DNA of 64,000 nt from Octopus sinensis (Eukaryota): the NCBI RefSeq assembly GCF_006345805.1, contig NC_042998.1, positions 102,486,001-102,550,000 on the forward strand. Direction: 5' to 3'. This document shows positions 1 through 12,445 of this stretch, in pieces. The position numbers were made by a program, and so were the translations under genes. The notes below the pieces were generated by a model. It was not told where the DNA came from and did no database searches. It worked only from the letters and a program-made list of their open reading frames with translations. Positions within the stretch are counted from its first letter, which is position 1, and each line of letters begins with the position of its first letter.

Positions 1-59
1 ATAATCTTAGCGCTGTAGATAAAGTTCAGAGACACTCCTTAGCAATTAAGGCTCTCTAA

Positions 60-860
60 ATTTTTCAAGTGGTAGAGTGAACAAGAGTTGTTTCTATTTG
101 GCCAATAACTGAATGGTTATGATTTGTACGTATGGGCGTAGGCATAACATTTTGTTCTCCACTAAATTCGTGTGTTTATGTCATACGAAAAAAGGTTATG
201 ATAGAACCCAGATTTGATGTTGTTAGCAGTATACATTCATTATGCCAAGTGGCAGAATATGTTCGTGCGTGAGTAGTTGTTACTGAATATACTTTGCTAA
301 AGTTTATTCAGCCTTAGTTTGTATTTTGTGTGAATATATTTTCTTTGTTTATTTGTGCTTGGTCTGTGGTAGTGTCTGAACAAAGGTAAAGTGCAAACTA
401 ATATTTGAAAATGTGCCTATGTTCCCATTCAGTGCGATCTATCTAATACTGCGGTCTGGTCTTTGCTATCTATCGCTAGTCTATTTCTGAGAGTAGGGTT
501 TGTTTAATTTGTATAAACCTCGATACATTTTCTACATTTAATAAGATATCTTAACTTGTTGAACTAACAAAAAAGTATCAAACTTTAAAATCAAACCCAA
601 TGCCAGTGCAAAGGAATGGAAAATTATACATGAACTCAAAAGAAATAATGGCATTATAATTAAAGACGCAAATACGAGAATTGATGAAAATTTTATTGAT
701 AGTGTATACCACAAAAGACCTATATCACCTCTATTACAAGATATGATCTATACGACCTATTATGAAAAAAATCAAAGACGATGACAAAACTGAACACAGT
801 CAACCACCGAGAAACTAAAAGGTTTAACAGAGAAAGCGATTAACTAAATAATTTTGAATG
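60..860. mobile_element. Highly decayed Penelope-like RT relic, apparently two oppositely oriented pieces (~60-500 minus, ~590-860 plus)
   Basis: Plus-strand 590-860 reads approx. PNASAKEWKIIHELKRNNGIIIKDA..LLQDMIYTTYYE..KGLTEKA. This parallels PNFNKREWNDLIKLREDKTITIKEADKG..LLRDETYYE..EGLTNKE in the PLE at 62450-62700. The minus piece has only weak traces of the MGT/PFS motifs. Confidence 0.4.
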
Positions 861-1464
861 CCGAGAAACAGTGTGCCAAATGGAATCATTCTAGCTCTTC
901 AAAAGCCAAGAAAACTGGCTAAAGCAAGTACATCGAGAAACTAATGATCATTCTATTTTCGAAAGCAAGGGCGTCATTTACATTCACAGGGTTATCTCTG
1001 ACCAGCCCGTAAACAAAGAGTACTTCGTGTAGGTTATAAGGGAGTTCAGGAGGAAATTTCTTAGCAAAGAGCCAGTGCATCTGCACCACAACACTGCATT
1101 AGTCAACAATCTTGGTAATGAACTACCTGAGAGAGATGGTCATCAACACTGTTAACCACCCTCCCTACTGTTCAAATATTGCTTCCTGTCGCTTTTAGTT
1201 ACTCCCCAAGCTGACGGAGGGCCTCAGTAACAATCGTGTTGAAGACATGGAGAAGTTGAAGGAGGTTGTATCAAGATGGTTGGATGCCTTCCATTTGGAG
1301 GCCATCCACGGAGCCTTCATAAAGTGACTGGATCGCTACAACGAGTGAAATGAAGTCAAATGTTTTTACTTTGACAGAGAATAGTGTTCTGTGCTTCTTT
1401 CAAATTAAGAATTAAAAGTGTTTCTCTCGAAAAGTCTCAAAACATCTGGAGTGCCCCTTGTGTA
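860..1464 (+). mobile_element. Mariner transposon 3' relic with right TIR
   Basis: Frameshifted translation gives WNHSSS.KPKK, FxSKGVIY, and NHPPYCSNIASC (~1154-1192, equivalent to HPPYSPDLAPxD). It ends in a mariner-like TIR, aaagtctcaaaacatctggagtgccccttgtgTA. Confidence 0.8.
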
Positions 1465-2896
1465 TCTTACAAATGATACTTTTTATTCAAGCAATAAACT
1501 AATGTTCATCTATTTTATGGTATTTCAAACACTGCATTGTATAAATGAACTTTATATTAATACCCTTAAACTGTAAGATTCAAGGCATCACGATGCATAC
1601 CGAAATGTCAAATCATTCTTGTGGTACAAATAAATAGATTTAGATCAGCATAATGGACCATATTTTTTGTCAATAGATAGAAGAAAGATTACTGATCGCA
1701 TTACGAATACGAATACTAACGGCCAGTATATCTCCCGTGTCTACGAAAGGTATGCTGCAAGTATTTCAGAATTACTGCAAACTGTCGGCTATGAGTGAAG
1801 TCAGAGTGACAACATACGTGGGGATTTGTGGACGTCCGAAATGTATGCATTCAGTAAGAACGTATGCCATTATGCTTTCACGGTTTCCGATACTCAACTA
1901 GTTAGTTGATATCGGAAGCTTAACATCCAAATCAGGAATATACAAATAACTACTGGTAATTTTGAAATGAAAAATGGCATCGACTGGATATATGTTAAAC
2001 AGAATTATAAGGCTTGCACTGAAAGCCTTTATGTTCCATAGATCATACCTGATACAAGACCTACTAAAGGGTTTTGGGTGAAATGAGTATATCAATTTTG
2101 TGTAATAAAACAACAAAAATAGCAGCATCCTAAAATCATGTAAAGAGATAAAGAGATAATCTAGATATATAATGGTTGTTGTGAGCCAAGGTTTGTGGAA
2201 CTAATCTATTTAACGAGAAACATTCATCATATAGGAAGAAAATTATTCAGGGAGGCATATCTTGCAAGCAAAAGAAAAACAATATCTTTGACCGAAATAG
2301 TAGCCTCTCTTTAAGTTATCTTAAATGCATGAAATATTATCTACAATGGAAAGTACACTTTAATTATGCAAGAACAAGAGGTAGATTTTAAATACTTGAT
2401 AATTAAGTGAGACTATTATACGTATAATCCACAAAATGTCAATTGTTCCGTAATTATTTGGAGGATATCACTCACATCACTGGATGCCCAGCAATGTTTG
2501 CAAGATATTACATTCCAACAAGTGTTACATAATGCATTGTTCCCTTCATATCTATACTTTAATCTTCGGTACCCTCCACAACTAAATTACATTTCTCTGT
2601 ACTTAATAATGGTTGTCAAGTACATCATTTGTATGTTTCAGTCTTACTGTAATACTGACGTCGCTGTTTCATTATATAAACACCTCATTTTTAACTATGT
2701 TAAGAAATATAATAACAAATACTAACTATGCTAACTATGCTAACAAATATTTACCTCAATTAATCCATTAGAAACTTCTCTTCTATTCATTTGGTAACCT
2801 CTCTCAAGGAAGGAACTATGGCTTCTGAAAGGCACTACGTTCACTTTAGTCTAATATAAACATATAATTCTCTTACCACCTCTCTCCCTCTATAAA

Positions 2897-2899
<3 letters not shown>

Positions 2900-2943
<44 letters not shown>
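2900..2943. repeat. (TA)n microsatellite
   Basis: Direct reading. Confidence 0.95.
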
Positions 2944-2946
<3 letters not shown>

Positions 2947-4929
2947 TGTGTATTTATGCATGTTGTGTGCGCGTATGCTTGTACGCGAGCGTGCGGGTAG
3001 TTTGAGAAAAACTAATTATGATATTACTGCTGAGATATACCGCATCCAATAAATCAAAGTGCATAATCGGTTTCAGACAGTTACTTCCTGCCAAATATCA
3101 TACAATGGCAACATTATTTCTAATATATGAAAATTATTTTATTCCGTTACAGCGCTATATTTTGTAATGAACAAATTATCTAATATGAGACACCTAATTG
3201 CAAATTTGAGAACAATAACGGAAGCAAAGGATAATAAAAATACACAAAAAACATGTACGAATGACCAAAACGACAAAAATTATGAAATAACTAACTCAAC
3301 GAAATAAAGTGTGATGTTATGGTTGGCTGCGTGAGCTCCTTGAAATATAAATAGCGTCTCTTTATAGATTGCAACAGGGAATTTTCTCATAATCAAGGGC
3401 ACTATTTCGGTTGTAGTTTTAAAGTTAATTTTAATTCCATACAGATTCACGATTACTTCCCTATTGATTCAGTTGTTGACATAAACATCAGCTTGTAATA
3501 TGGAACGGTTTTAACGTTTCTACTATATAAGGGATGTTAAAGCATTCCAGATATTGTTGTCCTCCCAGTAATACTATAGCGCAGTATCACTGAAATATTT
3601 TTAAACGTAATAAAAATGAAGAACATAATTGCCAATGCTATCTAATCATGCGGAACAACTGGAGTCTTGAGAATCAAACCCTACTGCTTAGGGGGAAATG
3701 AAATAATTATGAATATGCTTGGCAGATATAGAACCTAATCGAATATTTACTACATTATTAAGGGTTCTTTATTGCCTCACAATCTCTCCAGAGTAATATC
3801 GGCGAATCGCCTTACACATCATGGCTGGCGGCAGCGCAAATTTGAAACTCAACAAGAGATGATTAACTGACAAATAAAGGAAGAGAATTTTATGAGATAA
3901 TAACCGAATAGGTTAATCAAAAATGCATAACATTAACAGAGATTTTACTAAAACCAAATAGTACATAACATCCCGTACTACGATATTACACAATACAATC
4001 ATACTGTTGTGATATCTTTTGTAAATCATACGCTAATGGTAGTACGTATATGAAACACATCGTACATGCATTAAGTAGATAAACTATGTCACTAAGATAA
4101 AATATTCCCACTACATATTGCACTTCATCGTATTGTCAGATTCGATTGTGAGATCTTTCAAAAATTTAACTGCTGCTATCTGAGATATTTCCCATTTCTC
4201 ACGTGCTATTCACCCTATTCCACTGTTTTCTACATCAATTTTATCTCTCATGACATTAAACCTCCCATTACTTTTATTCTTCACACTTTTTCTTATTTTG
4301 ACTAATATATTAAGTATATGCACCAATAAAATGAAACCAGAAAATGTTGCCAGCTTTTTATTTTACTTTCCTTCGTTTTGAGTAAAAGTTCGTAAGGAAT
4401 TATACATGATTCTGCAGGGTCCTCCCAAAATTTTAATAGGAAAATAATCTGATACTGGAAATATTTAATGAATACTTGTAAAAATATGGGTTCTGTTAAA
4501 GAAATGAAAATGACAGATAGTAGAGATAAACTGGACGACAGTTTTGCTGCCCAAAATATTATATTGAATGACCTTGTTAAATTTCTTTGTATTTCATACA
4601 CTTGTAAAACAAAAGGTTATCTATATCTATATGAAAAGAATACGCGTGTATGTATGTGTGCGCGCGTGTGTAGTGTGTGAGTTTGTGCGTGTGTGTGTTT
4701 AAATATCTCCAACGTCTTTTATGAACTTATCAGGTTTTTTTTATATCCAGGTTATATTCTTGATTCAAACTTGTCAGGTCGCATAACTATGCCAGGTCTG
4801 TATATTGTATATACATATTATAGTATAAATTTGAAACTATTCGTTCTCCAATCTTAGCTGAATTGTTTATTCCATACTTTCGTATATAACATATAAGACT
4901 TAATTGTTTGTTTGTTTTTTACAAATTCT

Positions 4930-5500
4930 GTAATTGGTGAAAAATGTGCAATTAGGGCTGTTTTTCGCTACATATAGGAAAAGGAGTGTTAAGGGCAGCT
5001 GCGAAAGAAATAAATGAAATAGAAGACCCAGGAAATGTCAAAAGAACGTGTGCCACAAAACTAATAGAGGCACCAAACTCGAAGATAAACCAAGGTAAGG
5101 GAGACCTGTTTTGAACGATGACGCTGTGCTTAAATCGGTTCTACTACAGAAAGCACATGTATTCGTACATTCTCCACAAAACTTGGTCCTCACACCAACC
5201 ACTATCAGTTGACACTGCAATGAGCTCGGCCTTGCAAACACATGCTATTAAAAGTATCTCTTGTGAATTGACCAATGAACAGGCTCAATGACGTGTTAAG
5301 ATTTGCTAGCAAGTGCTGACAAATCCTCGAGATGCCCATTTTTGACGTCGAATTATGTTTGGAGATGAAAAATTGATCTATTCTTGTACTCGTAATATGA
5401 GAAATCAGTCGTTTTATTCCGGCCAGATTTCAGTACCTGTTGTCAAACAAGGCCGGTTGGAAGAAAATGTTACATTGAGCATCGAACAAACTTCGATAGG
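4930..5500 (+). mobile_element. Mariner transposase relic (HTH plus start of the DD34D domain)
   Basis: Broken frames read IRAVFRYI..AAKEINEIED..LEDKPR.GRPV, then FGDEKLIY..GQISVPVVKQGRLEENVTL (ORF 5355), matching the TGDEKW and K.ML motifs. Confidence 0.8.
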
Positions 5501-6370
5501 TATCAAATGTATCTTCGACTTACAAACTGAACATAATTGTATTTTCGTATACAGAGCACAAAGTTTAGTCAAACTTTGTACAGAAATTTCCACCATCATA
5601 TATTATCTCCCCTTCCATCATTCTATCTCCTTTTCTTTCTTTCTTTCTCTCTCTATCTCTCTCTATAATATATACATATGTGCGTGTGCTATATGTGAAT
5701 GTGTACACATGCACACACACACATATGTATGGATGTATGTATGCATATCTTTGCATGTACACCTATATATCTTCGCTTCATATATATCATACAAGTTTTG
5801 CAATTCGGTTATAGTGCCAGCAACAACGCAGACAACTTTCACTAACAGTAAATATATCACTTCTTACTACCATATAAATTTAAAGAAGTAATATCAACCC
5901 AAAATACATCTTAATTAAGTTCGGAAGCTAAAACATTTGACTTTCATTGAAATTTACTTTTATTCAACACCTGAACAAAATTCTTTAAGTGAGATATTCC
6001 TGATTCCATTAGTGATATAAGTTGGTTTGACAGCTACCTTTTAGGGAATCTGTTGCTTCATTTGAATATATTTAATATTTATTTTGGACATTTCCGTTGG
6101 TAAGATGTTGGAGGTTATTTAAAATCAAATACAGTCCTGGAGTTGGTTGGTTGTTTGGTTGGTTGGTTGGCTGGTTCTTTCACGATTTGATATTTGTGTG
6201 GACAGCATGGCTAAATTAAGGTTTATATATTCAAGTGTGTGTCAGTTTAGTAGAAAGCGAAAGTTTATTCCCATATATACAAAAATATAATTGAGAGCAA
6301 AGAATATTAGCCATATAAATGTTAGTCATAAAATGAAACTGGAAAGCAAAATTTATTCAGCAGCTTAAAT

Positions 6371-6562
6371 GTGGCGAGCTGGCAAAATGGCTAGCCGTAA
6401 TTCGTTCGTCTTTACTTTATGAGTTTAAATTCCGCCAAGTTCGAATTTGTCTGTCATTCTTTCGGAGCTCGATAAAACAGGTACCAGTTGAGAGTTTGAG
6501 ATTGATGTAATCGACCGACACCGTCCCTGAAATTGCTGGCCTTATGCCAAAATTCGAATCCA
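6371..6562 (+). mobile_element. tRNA-derived SINE, family B (decayed)
   Basis: Head ggcgagctggca..gagtttaaattcc, body tcgataaaacaggtaccagtt and tail aattgctggccttatgccaaaatt. Homologous to copies at 27616, 28354 and 36108. Confidence 0.75.
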
Positions 6563-7804
6563 GTATTTATTCAATAGCTGACAGGTTTTGACTCTGTCCG
6601 ACAGGAAGTTAAAGAAAAAGAGAGCAGTATGGATACATTTTGGTTTGGCGTACGAATAAGGATTGTGGGCAATTGAAATCATGATGAAATAAACAAATTT
6701 TATCACTTGAAGAGGAAATGTTTATTCCAACTCAGCGGAATTTGAACTGATAAAACTAAGTAGACAAATGTTAAATACTCAAATAAACTCAAATCATAAC
6801 ATTAGTGTATCTGGTAGCCGGCAGGCCAATCTCCACAGTGTATATAAAGTGATGACAGAATATCAAAGAGTACGCATTGAAATCTAAAGCATTAATAATC
6901 ATATGACTTTGATATCTAACGTAATAAAACACACCAAAGACAATTAACGAACCACAGAAAAATCTCTGTATATTTCAAATCAAATTTTACTGGTATATAA
7001 TAGTTAACAAAAGAGGCATGTTAGAAGTGAGATAGCTCTTGGGAAAATAATCTTTTGTAGTATAATAGCCGGCTAGAGAATAGCTAAGTCATACCATAAT
7101 TTACTTGTGTACAGAGAATAACACAAAATCGTTATTTATATTTCCTGCGATAATAAGGGGATTTTCTGATTCGTTTTGATTTATTTCCTTTGTTGTTAAG
7201 TGTCAAAGGTTATTTTACCTCTTGATTATTACCAACATTCGATATATTTATCTACATTTATATCAATCAAAAGATCTTTATCAAAGTATCTGTTTCTATT
7301 TGTATGTATCAACAATTTGTATGTATTTGTTGATCAATCAACCAAGACTTATCAATAAGCTGTGACATATATTTCTCTGTTTGCTGTGCTCTCTCCTTAC
7401 CTATTAATCTACCTAAATTTTCATTGCAATGATAGGCAACATTCTATTTCTACGTTCGTTTTATATTAATCTGTTACTCCATTTATGCATTTACGTGGTT
7501 GTTTACTTCCATATGCAAGCATTTAGATTTACATTAATTGTTTTAAGATGTGTTTAAACTATGTGAAGATGTGTTTAAAATATGTGAAGTATTTCTATAA
7601 AATACATGAAATTATAAAGTATATAAGAGTGAAACTGTAATATAAATATAATACTGATTGTAATCAATGTTATAGTTTGACTTATTGATGCTATTGAAAT
7701 TACGAACTAAAAGCAGCTCGAATAAAGTAAATATTAACGTATCGTACATACACAATGCATATGTTTTAGTTATTCACCGAATTTGATGTTGGAAAGCAGT
7801 TTAC

Positions 7805-8440
7805 TTAAATTAGCCACCAATAGCTTTCACCTCAGCATCAAGAGGCTCCAGAATCTGGTGCACAGCTGCATATTGTATCTTAGGGAAGACTTCTGAACAC
7901 CGCTTGATCTTGATCCTCAGCTCGGCCTTGGGATTGCAGTCAGAGCGGTCGGTTTGTTTCTTAACTGCGCCCCACACATAGTCATCTGCAGGATTGTTAT
8001 TATGGAAATAAGGAAATCGGAAATTGGGGCCGATGATGTCATAGAATAAGTCTCCGACTAACATATCTAAGTCTTTCTTGGGGCATGGCAAGGAACTGAA
8101 ACCTGCTGCCACATATTTAGCCTTTCAGCAGCAATCCTCCTCAACCAGGATTTGATCACAGCCTCCAGAAGCTTCACATAGCCATGTTAATTGAACCTAA
8201 GGCGCTGTTCAAGGATGTGAAGGTGAACTCCGGAGGTCAGACGCAATCATAAAAGTGACTGTGTCCCTCCTTGTTGGCGATGTCTTTGTAATATATATTG
8301 TAGCTTTTTATGTCACATCTTACAGCTTTCACAGTGTTCACAGAGCATAGAACAACAGCCATGATGTGGGCAGACAGCCATTGCGAATAACTATGATCCA
8401 GGTATCTCTTTTCCATTATTCAGATCGCGTCCAATCCTTC
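7805..8440 (-). mobile_element. Tc1/mariner-superfamily DD37D (maT-like) transposase 3' relic
   Basis: YVKLLEAVIKSWLRRIAAE..WQQ, then NPADDYVWGAVKKQT..KAELRIKIK..AEVKAIGG (ORF 7810-8112). Confidence 0.75.
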
Positions 8441-10224
8441 ATGTCAAATGACTTTTCTTCAATTATAAATTTACACTTATGCCCTCTAACGCCTTGGAAT
8501 CTTCAATACTTCGAGCTATTCATGAAAAACGGAAGCATAAAAGTCTTCAGTTTAGCCCCGAACACCCTGTGTATACATACGCACGCACATACTTGTGTGA
8601 TAGAGAAAGTGTAGGTGTGTCTCAGAATCTATTTTTATTCTTTTCTCCCGTCAGTCTGGTGTGGCTGTTTTGATCCTTTTGCTTCCCTTAAGCTGGTTGT
8701 TTAACAAATGGGTTACAATATAACATGTAACAGTCTTTCACCGGTTGAAATTTTGGTGATTTTTTTCCTCTCCTTATGAGAATTAACCATGCTTTTGACT
8801 AAAGCAAATTTAAAATTTAGTCAGGATTGATGGTGCTTAGTACATTCTGTTCATGACAGATCAGGTGAAAGTTCTCTAGCTTTTCGGTCGTATGCATCTT
8901 CTTCAGTATTTTCACAGTGTTTGTAGACTGAATCTTACGTACTACCGAAACTTCCAAGATCATGACAGCTTTGAAATTTTATTTTTTCTTCTTCGCCTTT
9001 TCGTATCCATCTGAAATATATCATTTACTTATCACGTTCTAAGAGTTATCAAGTTATCAAGATTTTGCACCATGTCTGTTTTAATGAACTCTTGTTTCTG
9101 AAACGATCACGTTAAGAAATTTTGAGGTTCTTCCTCAAGCACCATTGTAGAAAACAAACTTCACTATAATGATATTCTGGTGCTATTCGAAGTAGATAAT
9201 ATATCACATGCAGATATTAATGCTATTGTTCTGTGCATTCATGAATGACAATTTTTCCTATTCAGTATGTGACATAGCATTCCACAGTGAGTATCATTTA
9301 ATTTGAATTGATGGAAATATGAAATCGAATGTTATCGTTTATTCCCCCCATGAAGCGATCTAGAACTGAAAGTGTATTTAAGTTAAATTATGCTACTCTG
9401 AAACAAAGGAATTCCTATGTTTTCAAACGCCAGATAATGATGTTTGCTTATGAAAGCCAATGATAGATACCAATTAACTGATATAAATATCGACAGTAAT
9501 ATATTACTTTGAAATATAATCTGTTTTATATAATGATTTTAAACATTCGATCAATTACTTTTGCCTAGCAACTCATTCGGGTAGGATTACTTCACACAAT
9601 AATGCCTAGAAATTCAGATATTGGTTTAAGCACTAAGATATTAAAAATATATAATTTAGTAAGAAGAGAGTTGTCTTCGGCGATGTTAAAAGAAAGAGTA
9701 TTTTAAATAAATAAATTTGCAAAATAATGTTAGTGAATAGGAAAGAATAGTCAAACACGTACAGGTTCTCTATTTTATACATATATTACTATATATATTG
9801 ATTGTAATATATTCGATGTTGAATTATTTTCAATATAATTCTTAAGTATATGACTAGCATGTAAATATAAACGTAAAGATTATAGGAAAGACATATGTAA
9901 CAATTTCTATATGTCTGCCTCATATCTGAACCTAATTTCCGTTGGTTGTGAATCATTTCAAAAACCAATTGATTTAGTTCTAAATGATTCTTCATTCCAC
10001 CATAGATTAAATTATTCTATATACTTACTATTACAATTAAACTGCCGTATGTTTTTTTATGGGGGGGGGGGTCTTTTTAGGAAATCTAGAACATTTTGTA
10101 AAGTCCTGAATTTATATATTAACATATCGCACACACATTTCTAAGATCTGAATTCTCACAGTCCAACCTGCTTAATTGAAATAGTTCAAATAATTATGAT
10201 GACTTGTTCATATTTATCTTCGTT

Positions 10225-10336
10225 AAGGTGGCGAACTGCAGAAAAACTTACCGCGTTGGGAAAAAGGCTTTGCGGTATTTCTTCTGCCTTTACGTTCTGA
10301 GTTCAAATGCCACATGGGTCGACTTTGCCGTTCCTC
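10225..10336 (+). mobile_element. tRNA-derived SINE, family B, 5' part
   Basis: ggtggcgaactgcagaa...ttacgttctgagttcaaat..gtcgactttgcc; B-box-like gagttcaaat. Confidence 0.7.
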
Positions 10337-10430
10337 AATCGGCGTCAATAATACAAGTACGAGTTGAGCACTGGAGTTGGTGTTGTCGACATACACAGGT
10401 ACATATGCACATACACACATATTCTATAAT

Positions 10431-10463
<33 letters not shown>

Positions 10464-10682
10464 GTTGTGTGTGTGTGTGTGTGTGTTAAATCTCTCTTTC
10501 AAATCTTTATGTGTATCAAATCTCTCTCTTTCTTTCTCTCTCTGTCTCTCTCTCACAATATATATATAAGTTTCGAAACTATTTCAAATATCTCCCGTCT
10601 TCTCTTCTCCAGCAATACTTAAATAATGTTACCGATCATCCCGCTTAGTAGAATACTCAGTAAACCAAGACACAAAAAGAAA

Positions 10683-11500
10683 TTACTTGGTTGGTTGTTT
10701 TGCCAGTTTTCCTGGGCATTTGGTCTTAATTTTTCCTACTTGTCTCAGTAAGTTGGCTTTGCACTCTCCATTGATGGTGAGGCTCTTTTGAAGATAAACA
10801 CAAATCCCGTTTGCATACCAAAATACGGAGGCCAACAACTTCCCTGCAGACGAAACAACCGTGGCCTTCTTTGGAGAAGGTGAGGAGAGGTGTTTCCATT
10901 GCGTGGATTGTCTCTTTGTCCCTGGCTCAAAGTGACCAGCCCAACAATCATCCTGGGTTAGGAAGTGTTTGAGTAAACCACCTGGATCTGACTCAAACCG
11001 TGTCATATTTCCCCTTGATGTGGTCAGGTTGACCTTGCTTTTGATCAAGTGCCAGACGGCTTGGTACATATAGAGCAGAAACGTTGGTCATACCAAGTTC
11101 ATTGAGCAGTAAATTCTCAACTCTCACGGGATATGCTTATACCATTGGCTGTTTGAGTTATGGCTAATCGCCAGTTATCCATTAGCATGTGGTGATAACA
11201 ATCAATATTTTCCTCGGAGGTGATAATTTCAGGATGTCCAGTCTTTAAGTCTTTATGAAGGTTCTCTCTTCCTCTCCTAAATTTAGCTGCTAACATTTGT
11301 CCTGTTGATAAAGCTGGAGTGTAATCCCCTATTATAACAACCATATCAACATGAATGTCCTATTTCTCTGCAAGTACTTGATAACAAGACGTTGCCAAAT
11401 TTTGTCCATTTTGAAGAGGGGTCGCTACTAATCTTTTAGCTGTAGTTAGACGTCAGTGTACATGGAAAGAAACGATGCAGTTTGTAATGAAACGAGCTGT
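10683..11500 (-). mobile_element. Mariner transposase relic (irritans-like), 5' two-thirds
   Basis: MDKIWQRLVIKYLQ from ~11412, then LAAKFRRGRE (ORF 11117) and FLTQDDCWAGHFEPGTKRQSTQWKHLSSPSPKKATVVSSAGKLLASVFW (ORF 10683). Confidence 0.85.
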
Positions 11501-11854
11501 AATTAATACATGCAAGATATAATTCTACCATCATTTCTTCATAGTCAGCCTATGAACGTTTTAGCCTACTCTCGTATATACGTTATAACGTATGTGTATA
11601 TATATATATACAAGCGTGTGATTGTATGTGAGTGTGAGTGTTTTTTGATGTGTTTCATTGTTAGTAATGCTTCTAAGTCACTAATTCTACTATCTAAGCT
11701 TGCTTCACTCTGTATGCGTTACCTTGTGTCAGTATATGCTTTGTGCTGTGCCTGTATTTTGGTTGTTTCCCTTTGTTAGTGTTGCCTCGTGTTTGCATTT
11801 GCTTTTAGTGTTTGTGTATATTTTGTGCGCTGTCCGTAATTGTGTTGCTGTGTG

Positions 11855-11984
11855 GACTGCGGCCATGCTGGAGCACCGCCTTTAATCGAGCAACTCGACC
11901 CCAGGACTTATTCTTTGTAAGCCCAGTACTTATTCTCGTCGGCTGTCGAGCGATGTTAGGGGGACAAACACAGACATACAAACT

Positions 11985-12046
<62 letters not shown>

Positions 12047-12244
12047 ATATTATATATATATATATATATATACATATATACGACGGGCTTCTTTCAGTTT
12101 CCGTCTACCAAATCCACTCACAAGGCTTTGGTCGGCCCGCGGCTATAGCAGAAGGCACTTGCCCAAGGTGCCACGCGGTGGGACTGAACCCGGAAGCATG
12201 TGGCTGGTAAACAAGCTACTAAGCACACAGCCAATCATGCGCCT
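11855..12244 (-). mobile_element. tRNA-derived SINE, family A, near full length with internal (TA/CA)n
   Basis: Minus strand begins aggcgcatgattggctgtg..ccgggttcagtccc (A/B-box-like) and ends ggcggtgctccagcatggccgcagtc. Homologous to copies at 21720, 32085 and 40495. Confidence 0.9.
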
Positions 12245-12287
12245 AAAATAGTTTATTTTTTGTAGAATAGTATTATGTAATAATCAG

Positions 12288-12445
12288 ATCATCATCATCA
12301 TCATCATCATCGTCGTCGTCGTCATCATCATCATCATCATCATCATGAATATCAACATCAACAGTAATAAGAACAACAATATTAAAATTAATAATAATCA
12401 TTATTATTATTATTATTATTGTTATTACTATTATTGTTGTTGTTA
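12288..12445. repeat. Compound (CAT)n/(AAT)n/(TAT)n microsatellite
   Basis: Direct reading. Confidence 0.85.

Noticed and set aside
4302-4680. Possible host exons here and a splice-donor-like AAG|GTATGA near 55555
   Set aside because: No recognisable protein similarity, no consistent acceptor-donor pair with an open frame, and no chain of exons.
8876-8915. Minus-strand CTGAAGA..ccGAAAagcta, and a similar trace at ~61352-61380
   Set aside because: Stem I is absent and there is no recognisable PLE context.
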